A DNA stretch of 46,542 nucleotides. It comes from Catajapyx aquilonaris. Taxonomy: Eukaryota. Below, piece after piece: positions 37,500 to 46,542 of the stretch; position 1 is the stretch's first letter, and each line of letters opens with the position of its first letter. The notes beneath the pieces were generated by a model that saw only the letters and a list, made by a program, of their open reading frames with translations, was not told the DNA's origin and searched no databases. A program made the position numbers and the translations under genes. The stretch lies in contig JYFJ02003100.1 in assembly GCA_000934665.2 (NCBI GenBank), forward strand, positions 1 to 46,542. Direction: 5' to 3'.

Positions 37500-37964
37500 C
37501 GTGTGCCTTCACTAGGGATGTACCTAAGAAGGAATACAGAAGATCAGTGGCGATGAACTTGCAGTTCCCAAATTAACGTTATGGGGAAATAAGGGCTATC
37601 ATTAGTCACTTTTGTTTTCACAGGAAGGGAAAAAATAAAGGTTTAAGTGTCACTTGATGTTTTTGCGCACAATGACTTGAACATTGAGACTAGTCTGATC
37701 TTACATATAAATTATCAAGGTGCTCCATGGTTTAATGTGGCATGATAGTTTGACATATGGAAAATTCTATAAACTTGTAATTCAGGACAACAGTTTTAAC
37801 TTACGTATTTTCTATTCAGGATGATGTGACACTTTATGGCTTAACTACTGAGCATTCCAGAGCTCTCAACTGTGGAGTTTAAGTCACTGACCAAGGAACC
37901 TATGCACGACTGCATATTCTGCCATTTAATCTAGTTGTGGAAGGTCCATAATCCAAAATAAATA

Positions 37965-38504
37965 CAGTGGAACTTTTGTAACTCGACTTCTTTATCATTT
38001 GAGTAAAATTACTTTGGTTGGTCACAATGCAATGTGATAGGAATGAAAATTCCCTATGCCAGAATTCCATATCTCAACATTCCCAACGTCAAATATTCCC
38101 TACGGAATTTGTGCGTTTTCAGTCTCTGGAAGTCGAATTTTGTGTTCGATTTAGGTAGCTTTCCTCACTACACTATCTATAGGTTAAAGACAGACTGAAA
38201 CTTGTGGACTGAATTGCAATTGAGTGTGCCAACCATGGTGTGTATTTGCATTGGTAGAGACTACATAGAACCACTAGTTCAGAGCGAAAACTGTTGTTCA
38301 TGTTGCCGAAGATGTCCTGGACTGTATGTATTTTTTGTTCATTGAAAATTAGATAGTGAAAAAATGAAGATAAATATCCCGGTACAGTTTTGCACTGCAA
38401 TTTTTTCAAACTTTTCTCACTCTAATCTTCCATCGAGTTGTTGTGTGGGTGTGTATTTTTTGTCCTGTAGAAGTGTAGAGATTCAAGTTGGAGAAGTTCC
38501 ACGG
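37965..38504. mobile_element. pogo/Tigger-type MITE remnant with TA target duplication
   Basis: TA|CAGTGGAACTTTTGTAACTCGA ... TCAAGTTGGAGAAGTTCCACGG|TA; imperfect TIRs of about 23 bp starting CAGT; no ORF. Confidence 0.65.
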
Positions 38505-38988
38505 TAATTCAGTCAGAGCCAGATGACCTGTCTTATGGGGTCGCAACACTTCTGGTGACCACAGCACCAATCAAGCTTTGAGCAGAGGGCCAAATTTCAC
38601 CTTCGTTACAGATAAATTTAAGCTATATTATTTACACTGAATTGGGTGTCCAGCAAAAGAATACCATGATGTCATTCAGCTGGGTTAGAGAGAGTGATGT
38701 CGTGGCATTCTTTCACTGGACATACTAAGAATATTGATCATTGCATTGCAAATAAAGCAGCACATTATCACAGAAGTGACTAACTGGAAGGCCAACTATA
38801 CAAATGGGGCCAGGCATTATTTTGTGCATGTACAGTACAGTATTTACATATTCAGTACTTCCAGGTACTAACAACTTTTATTGTGCAAGCCTGGCAATGC
38901 AATAATTGTACATGTACAGCTACGGTACTTGGAGTATTTCAGAGAAAATTACAATAACTTCCGGTTTTCACAAAAATGGGACCTGAAT

Positions 38989-39054
38989 TACTACTGCTGC
39001 CATTACTACTACTACTACTACTGCTACTACTACTACTACTACTACTACTACTAT
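38989..39054 (+). repeat. (TAC)n microsatellite, interrupted
   Basis: Direct reading; it produces the poly-Tyr in the spurious ORF 38881-39117. Confidence 0.95.
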
Positions 39055-40986
39055 ATTTTAAAATTCTTACTTGCCCTGTTTGCATGCATGGCACAGCACA
39101 CTAAACCCCACAATTGATTGTAATCACTAGTTCTCGCTCTGTAGATCTGCAGACCTCCACAGGTGATAGTGAAACTTTTCCACCACATTTTTAATTTATC
39201 AAATGCGAGATATGATGACTAATTTTTCACGTGTATTATGACACAGGCTTTTTTCAGACAATAGACTTGATTTCTCTGATGTCCAGGGTGAAAAAGAGCA
39301 TGGGAATCCCACCAATTCCACTGCCCTTGATCTGGACTTTGTTCAAGGGCCTCCTCTCCTCTTGCCAAAATAAATAAATATGCCCGGACCAGCCTGGCCC
39401 ATGTCTTTTAAGCAGTGGCCGGCCTGGCAAACATTTACATATCTGCATTTGCCGACACAAACCATGTCACACACTACCTTTTATATCTACAGCACATCAA
39501 GAATTAAATAATGAACAAAGAATGAAAGCAGTACTTGCTTGAAGCTGTTGGCCCCTACCAACAATGCTTCAAGACTGATGTATTTTACCCGCATCAGTAC
39601 ATCCTTTCGGTCTGAGGGACCAAATTAACCCCACCACGCAGGCACAAGGTGAGAAGGGCTGCAGCCATTCCTGTGGGGAGAAGCAAGCATAACACATGGG
39701 GACCTTTTGGAGATCTCATGACGCAGGCAGGACAATGCAGGAGCGCCATTTTCTATTCTTAGGTGAGATTAGATTTAGTAGGAGAGTTACGCGATTTTAA
39801 ACATACACTCAGGGCATTCTCACTGGAAGCTTTCCACCTCCTGGGCACTGCCAAGTCCGTGTCACTTGTTCACCTAATCACTCACCTAACCGCAAACTTT
39901 TTCAGTCACTTGCACTTCACCACTGCACTAGTGACTAAATCAGTGAAGGGCATCATGGGCCATTGTTGCACACATGCACTTGCAAATTCACTCTTAGGAC
40001 TGTAACACTACGATGCAAACTAAACACAGCCACCCAGTTACTTGCAGAGTCTCCCAAAGAGTGGTGCTATTCTTGGACTCAGCAAGAGACATGGAGAGGT
40101 GTCTTCTCCCCCCTTTAACCTCCCTCCTGTCTCCCTCCCTTGGCCCTTTCCTTTGGCGGTTTACACTGTGGGCAAGGTGCCAGTGGTATCTCTGCCAGTA
40201 CTGAAAGTTCGCCTGAAAAGGTTGATTAGTACTAGTCACCACGTGCTCTGGGGCTGATTTAATGTGTGAGGATACAGTCATCCAGCTTGTGCACGTACAT
40301 TACTTCACACATCTGCCATAAAGTTAATCCATGGTGACACAATCTAAGCCTTTTTCTGAAATTATGTACATTCACATGTTACTTCATTTTACTCTTGGGG
40401 AAAATAAGTGATAATTCAATAGAGCCTATTGGTTCGGAAGCTGGCAACTTGAATCTTGCTAAATGCCATCCACAGCCATAATTACTGTATTAATTACCTT
40501 GCTGTAGTAGTTGCTTTTATTGGCAGAATTCATCTTGTTGGTAAAAGGTGAAGTCCAAATTGGCCTGAATTTGACAAAAATCAGGTTCCAAACTTTTTTT
40601 TGAAAATGGTAATAAAATAAAAGAAATAAAACAGGTCCCACTTTGGGGACAAATTCTGAGATTCTGCCGATGTTGGCTGCCTTCTGACAAAATCATGGTA
40701 AATAAAATTTAAGTACATTTAAAACCAAATAAATCTACAGCTTGCTGATCTTTTACTGTTTGTTGACATGAACTTTATATTGGTGCAATGTTTCAAGTTT
40801 TCCACAATATTTACGCCGATGACTTCACGAGTTTACGCTATATTTCTGGAACCAATTACAAGTGTGAAATGGGTACTTCCTGTATTATAATGGGTTTGGT
40901 ATAAACCATAGGGGCAGGGGTGGACTTAGAACCAATTACCCAAAGAAAATTAGGACTCATTGTGCATCCTTTCATCCTCCCTCATG

Positions 40987-40992
40987 TTTATT
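40987..40992 (-). promoter_or_regulatory. Candidate poly(A) signal of the ZAP-like gene
   Basis: AATAAA on the - strand about 95 nt after the stop codon at 41088. Confidence 0.45.
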
Positions 40993-41087
40993 ATATATGA
41001 AACTGATACAAAGCAAAGCAAACTCTCATCTGTTGCAGTAAAAATGACTCTTTCCAAATATAAATGTGATTATCTCTGAAGATATCA

Positions 41088-41432
41088 CTAGTGTCCCTTT
41101 TCATATGGTTGCAGCTTGGTTGGTCGCCTGCGCAGCTTCCTGCTTCTACCTGTATCCTTATTCTGCTGCTCAAGTTTGTCAAAGTCAATGTGGTAATTGA
41201 ATGCTCCTATTGACATGACATCACTGGACTTCCCAGAGAGAAAAGTCAGCTCAATCAGGTGGGTACCTTGGCCACACGATTTCCAAGTGTATCCATCATC
41301 AAAATACCAGTCCCACGAGGTGGCCAGGGCATGGCTGGATGACACAGTGGATGGGGTTGATACACGACGAACATGATATTTTTGCCGCGAGAAGTTGTAC
41401 AAGACCATACAATTCAGGTCCAATGTCCATGT
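41088..41432 (-). CDS. ZAP(ZC3HAV1)/PARP12-like protein, last exon: end of WWE1 and all of WWE2
   Basis: Acceptor caacag, phase 0; VRRVSTPS, W.WY....TW and Y.IDF....Q.N..TG..RKLRRRP are tandem-WWE motifs of the PARP12/ZAP family; stop follows shortly. Confidence 0.88.
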   Translation of the reverse strand, partial: TWTLDLNCMVLYNFSRQKYHVRRVSTPSTVSSSHALATSWDWYFDDGYTWKSCGQGTHLIELTFLSGKSSDVMSIGAFNYHIDFDKLEQQNKDTGRSRKLRRRPTKLQPYEKGH

Positions 41433-41726
41433 CTGTTGATAAGGCACAACTGTTATTTTTGATGTAGGAATGTTTAAATTGCAAATTGTAACTACTCTGC
41501 CCTACTTGGTTCAGAAAATGAGGAGTGATTTAGCCCCCTAAATTGTAACTAAAAAAGTACACTATCTGCCAATGCCACACAATTGAAGCCGAAGTTGCAG
41601 CAGGGACATAGCGCCATATGTGACCATTTGAAACTTGAGAAGCTCGCAACACTTTGACACCATTATCTCGGATCTTTACAATTTATTTGTGATTCCGGCT
41701 ATCACTAATCTCATTCCCACTATTAA

Positions 41727-42590
41727 CCCCTTCACTACCAGCTAGGCCAACAATTCCTAGATTTTAGCTTACACCTACTCTGAAGATAAAGACAAGGGGT
41801 GGAATTTTCGTCCCACTGATAGTTACTGCTAACTCAGCAGTACCATTGCCAACACTGGCACTGCTAAGTTAGCAGTAACTATCAGTGAGACGAAAATTCC
41901 ACCCAAGATATTTTACAAATAATAATTTCACCTATATTTACCCATTCATGGATAACACTATTAATGTGTTGCAAACAATTTTACTAATCTAGAAGTCCGA
42001 AATTAGTTTCCAAAAAGACCGCCTTAAAAACTCGACATTCGAGTACTACCAGCCAACTGTCAGGCTGATATAATAATGAAATAAGCCTACACTAAAATAT
42101 ACAGAACAACCACCTTGAGAACCGTGCCAGATGAATTTGCTGAAATCGTCGTCCTTTGTGAGAAATAAAGTAATACTTATTTGAGGCTTTTTGAAACTTT
42201 GGAAAACATCCAAATTGATTTACTTCTTGAAAAGTGTCAAGCCGCCGCAAATAAGTATTGATCTCCTTCTCGCCAAGTACAACAATTTCAGCAAAATAAT
42301 GCTTCTGGCACAGTTCTCTAGGTTGTTGTTCCATATATTTTAGTGCATTTCATAATTAAATCAGCCGAACAGTTGTCTGGCAGTACTCGAATTTCGAGTT
42401 TTTAAGGTGGTCTTTTTGGAAATTAATTTAGGGACTTCTAGAGGAGTAAAATTATTTGCAACACATTAATAGTGTTTTCCATGACTGGGTAAATCTGGCT
42501 GTTATTATTTGTAAAATATCTGGGTCTTTATCTCCAGAGTAGGCATCAGCTCAAATCTAGGGGTTTTTGGCCTAGCTGGTAGCGAAGGGG
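41727..42590. mobile_element. piggyBac-type foldback MITE (whole-length degenerate palindrome) in the ZAP-like gene intron
   Basis: TTAA|CCCCTTCACTACCAGCTAGGCCAA ... TTGGCCTAGCTGGTAGCGAAGGGG|TTAC; arms stay alignable to about 42200/42231 (about 360 bp each, moderately diverged). Confidence 0.8.
41797..41904. mobile_element. 108-bp hairpin element nested in the left arm of the foldback MITE
   Basis: 49-bp arms (41797-41845 / 41856-41904, 3 mismatches), 10-nt loop, GGG...CCC ends, AAG on both sides; absent from the sister arm near 42520. Confidence 0.8.
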
Positions 42591-43016
42591 TTACACACCA
42601 TCTTTACCTAAATCTCAGTTAATTGCGTAATATAGTCCAAAAATTCCCCATCTTACTTCCACCAAATGTCGCTGAAAAATGTGCCAACTGTAATTCACAT
42701 TTTTCAAAAGGTCTATTTTCAATAATATTAGGATCCCAATCTTGATATAACTATTAAAGTTATATGAAACCTTGCACTGATATTAGTTTTAAAATCTTGT
42801 CCAAAATTTATCCAATGAACTTGTCACATGCATTATAACAAAAGATACTGCATCCAAAAACAGCTAATTCAGACATTACTTATGTGGCAAATAACATCCA
42901 CCAACTTAGCTTTTTAGACTTTTAAACTTGAACAAGTAAAATGCCTAGGCTTGGGACTATCTTGGGATAGCACTTCACTATCCCCCTTTTGTCACATCCT
43001 AATTCGCAAAACTTAC

Positions 43017-45773
43017 CTCATCTCCCAGAATCTGGCACGTCTTTCTGGGCATGTCACTCCCTTGTTTGGAAGGTGTCAATCGAAATGAATCACTGTTGAC
43101 ATTCCGATATTCCTGTTCAATTACTTCTGCGCAGTCATCACCCAAAGACTCCCATTGGCCATCGACCTGTATTTCCCAAATATACAGATCCTTCTCATGG
43201 ACCTTCTTGCAAGATCCAGAACACTGCCCATCTATGAAGCGCAGGCAAATGATGTCTTCTTCACTGTTATTGCTTTTAGTGGCCTTTCGGTTCCCTGGCT
43301 GTGCCACACGAGGATTGCTGTATCCTTGGTCTGTCAACTGCGGCCGACTCATACCTCCTTCTCCTATGATTGGCTTCTTCTCTGGTGGCACCCCACTTGG
43401 ATTATAATTTCTTGGTTCTCTTCCTGGTGGAAACTGTCTCTCTCCTACGATTGGCTTCCTCTCTGGTGGCAGCCCACTTGGATTATAATTTCTTGGTTCT
43501 CTTTCTGGTGGAAACTGTCTCTCTCCTGAATGGTGAGGTTTATCCCAATCCCTCCCTGGTCGATTTCTTTCTTGTGAAAGTTTATTGTAAGGTGGCTGAT
43601 CATGAGGCCTCCCATACATATTGCCTTGATGTTGTGCAGTGCCTGAGGTTTCTCTCTGATGACCTGTTCTACCTTCATTCATTCTATGTCCTGTGAAGTC
43701 CTGACTACGTTGATCTTGCTCTCTGCGATTATCGGGCCTTCTATCATTTACCCTTGGATGGTTCTGTTCCATGGAGTCACTCCTGTATGAGTGATTGCCT
43801 CTCTTATGTTGGTTATGTTGGTGCTCAGGTTCACTTTGATAATGTGCCTCCTGCTGATGCATGCCAGGGCCAGAACTACTGGAATACTGTTGTGATTTTC
43901 GCCTGGTTGGTTCAGCATCTGAAATATTCATATTACGGCCCTTCTCAAGTATGTGTTTCTTCTGTTCTGGCTTGACAGGGGGCTTCGATTTCACAGGTTC
44001 TGAATCACTCTCTTCTTCTTCATCATCAGAACTTGACGTAGCTGCAGTTTCTGCAGTCAGGAGGCTTTTCAAGAGCTCCTTCTTTTTTTCAGCTGGCATC
44101 TTGGCCAAAATATCTTTCCATGACTTCTCCTCAACTGCGGCTTCAGGTTTTCTTGGCTCTGATAAGAATTGCTTTTGTGGTTTTTTATTGTCACCATCTC
44201 TTTCCACATCACGATCCCCTATTGCAGTATCCATCCGCTTTTGGAGGTCCATGGAGTCATTCTTGTGTGGGTGTTTCTTTCTCTGATGTTGGTTGTAGTT
44301 CTCAGGTTCACTTTGATAGTGTGCCTCCTGCTGATGCATGCCAAGGCCAGAACTACTCGAAATCTGCTGTGATTTTCGCCTGGTTGGTTCATCATCTGAA
44401 GTATTCATGTTACGGACCTTCTCTAATATGTCTCTCTTGGTTTCTGACCTCAAGGGGGGCTTAGGCTGGATAGGTTCTGAATCACTCTCTTCTTCATTAC
44501 CAGAGCTTGACATAGCAGTAGTTTCTGCAGTCAGGAGTCTTTTCATCAGCTGCTTCTTCTTTTCATCTTGAATCTTGTCCAACACATCTTCCCAAGACTT
44601 CTCAACTTCTGGGGTTTCAGATTTTTCTGGCTCTGATGAGAATTGCTTTTGCGGTTTCTGATCCTCACCATCCCTTTCCGCATCATGATCCTCTATTGCA
44701 GCATCCATCAAGTTTGGCACAGGCAGCTGCTTCTCAGGCAAGTTATCGCCCATGCGAGTTGGGGTTCCATTGCTTGGTGAAATGTCAATCAAATCAGCTT
44801 CCACCAATGTCTTCTCAGGTAAGTTGTTTGTGACAGACGGAGGCAAGGTTGAGTTTGATGCTTTCACCAACTCCTCGTTATGCAGGTAACGGGCCACAAC
44901 AGATGACTGCTTTGTCACCTTCTCCGATTTTGCATCCTCCAGTTTACCACCAGCATTTTCTTCAGTTTCCAATTTCTGGTGTTGCATCTCTGGACTTGTA
45001 GCTTGAGTGTGACTTTTTGGATCAACATCTGCAGCATCAGCTTTTATGCTCGGCTTTTCCACAACCTCACTACTATTTCCATCTTTATGATTGGATTTCT
45101 CTTCAGCCAACAAACTGTTCCAAAATGACTTCAACTTTTCCTCTATGGCACTCCGATTCTCTGATGGGTCAATCCCAAACTGGGCCAATATGTGTATGCA
45201 ATCTGGGTGCTTCACATTGTGATTTTCATCACACACTGAGTTGCAATTTCCCAAAATAAACTTGTCACAAATGTGCATAAGGTTGCAGTCTTGCACGCAT
45301 TCCTTTTTCTTAGACTTCGGGCATATACCTGGAAGCACTTGAGAACTTGTAAACTGCAGGAGTTGGCGCACTTTGGTGACAGGTGCACCATCAAGTTGAA
45401 ATGCCTTCAAGACAGCCTGGTTGTGACGAGAGTTCAGGTTATGACTGTAAATGCAGCTGTCTGGTTCAGAGCACAGTTCAGTCAGGGACATGTGGCATAT
45501 GTGCAGTTTTTTACATGAAGCATCAGGGCATCCAGAAAGTGAGTTGTAAGTGGCACATATGATAACGTGAGGGGACAGCTGAATCCTGTTGACTGATCGA
45601 TCTGAAGATGGTGTTACACGAAAGATGTCAGGGTACACCATGACGAAAGCCAAAGTTCGAATGGACTCATTGCTTCGAGCATCTTGGTGCATGAGGTCAG
45701 GTAAGTCTGCAACAGTAGTGGTGAAGTTGTGTTGTTGGAGCAGTTCCTTCACTATCTGCTTCAGAGCATCCAT
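43017..45773 (-). CDS. ZAP(ZC3HAV1)/PARP12-like protein, large exon: N-terminal domain with four CCCH zinc fingers, long disordered linker, fifth CCCH finger and start of WWE1
   Basis: Within the 928-codon ORF; CCCH fingers x8/4/3, x7/5/3, x7/3/3, x7/3/3 with ZAP-like spacers (LHIC, YSH, LP.IC); C-terminal IC..F..G.C...C.KVH....Y.W; donor GAG|GTAAGT at 43017/43016; acceptor tttcag at 45777, three nt before the ATG. Confidence 0.9.
43360..43526 (-). repeat. 81-bp (27-aa) coding tandem duplication GERQFPPxREPRNYNPSGxPPExKPI
   Basis: Two near-identical copies visible in DNA and protein. Confidence 0.9.
43769..44708 (-). repeat. About 475-bp (about 158-aa) coding tandem duplication in the ZAP-like linker
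   Basis: Shared blocks KPQKQF.SEP, EKSW.D.L.K, LLTAET, ESDSEP, EPTRRKSQQ and GMHQQEAHYQSEPE in both copies; DNA offset 474-480 bp. Confidence 0.92.
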
Positions 45774-46050
45774 TGTCTGAAACACATGTATCCAATCAAG
45801 GTGGCAGCCTTTACATCACTATTGAGCATCACAATAATGCTGACAATCTAAAACCATCCCACAGTAATCACAGCAAAAAAGTATGAATCATTTCAAAGAT
45901 GTCTGCAAGAGTGTGCATCCAGTCGCCTCCAACTTGACTCAGTTTTAAGACTGCCACTGACTAGCTGAAACTAGTACTGCAACTGCTCATGAATATTTTC
46001 AATAAACGAACATGTTGAATTTTTTGAGGTAGCAGCAACTTTAAAAGTAC

Positions 46051-46206
46051 CTTTTCATCTGTGTCACATGCACTTCCTATTGATTTTTCTTGATCAGTGT
46101 CACTTGAGAAATGGTCAGGGTCCCCTGGGATTTGGTCCCCACTGATCCCCACAGCTGGATCCGTGTCGTCCTCAGAGGAGGGAAGAGAATTCAAGAGGCT
46201 GCACTC
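46051..46206 (-). CDS. Possible upstream exon of the ZAP-like gene (acidic, ...SSEDDTDP...CDTDEK)
   Basis: Open frame between acceptor tttgcag and donor AAG|GTACTT; phase 0 joins ACA ATG GAT of the large exon. It could instead be 5' UTR. Confidence 0.4.
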
Positions 46207-46453
46207 TGCAAATTTATGTTGTAGTTAAAACCTGACAAATTTATTGTGTATTTTATAAGTCAATCTTTACCTTGAAATCTACCAGCAAATAGATTCTGGG
46301 CCAAGACCAGCAAATCACGAAGTCCCACAAAGATACCTGATCAGGAGAGTTGGAAAAATATATACCAGGGTGTCTATTGTAACTCTGCAAAGACTTTCAG
46401 GGATAATAGAGGGGACCAAGACAAGTATTTTTGACATAGGAACCTGTGTCCGG

Positions 46454-46469
46454 AAACGCCATCTAGAGG
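46454..46469 (-). promoter_or_regulatory. CTCF-like motif CCTCTAGATGGCG in the CpG-rich 5' region of the ZAP-like gene
   Basis: Close match to the CTCF core (CCnCYAGRKGGCR); binding unproven. Confidence 0.35.
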
Positions 46470-46542
46470 GGGTTCATAGACAAGGAACGGGTGAGCTCAG
46501 ACGCGTCACGCGGGAGGCGCTAGGGGAGCGGCCTGTTTTGTT

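Noticed and set aside
38881..39117. Poly-Tyr ORF
   Set aside because: Translation of a (TAC)n microsatellite.
37524..41087. Search for a PARP catalytic exon downstream of the WWE domains
   Set aside because: No ORF with PARP-like motifs and no suitable donor between the end of WWE2 and the stop codon.
43051..45780. Many + strand ORFs opposite the ZAP-like exon
   Set aside because: Antisense shadows of a long coding exon and its repeats.

Overview
Eukaryotic (metazoan, probably arthropod) genomic DNA with spliceosomal introns; no prokaryotic features, rRNA, tRNA or CRISPR array seen. Three protein-coding genes can be rebuilt by hand. (1) + strand: a YANK/STK32-family AGC kinase of about 491 aa, with 9 coding exons from 3110 to 31659, a 22.3-kb intron, an Inr+DPE core promoter at about 2409 and a uORF-rich 5' UTR. 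(2) - strand, convergent with it: an SBK1/NKF1-family kinase of about 396 aa, with 5 coding exons from 37499 to 33797, an apparent GC-AG intron and DLS in place of DFG. (3) - strand: a ZAP (ZC3HAV1)/PARP12-like protein of at least 1033 aa (45773-41088) with four N-terminal CCCH fingers, a long internally duplicated linker, ZnF5-WWE1-WWE2 and no PARP catalytic domain. Introns hold several non-autonomous TIR elements: a near-perfect 366-bp-arm foldback, two TTAA/piggyBac-type MITEs (one a whole-length palindrome with a nested hairpin element) and a pogo/Tigger-type MITE. There are also microsatellites, an apparent drop in CpG density near 29.5 kb and CTCF-like motifs at both window ends. Most short ORFs in the track are noise. 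Family assignments rest on motif recall, not database searches.
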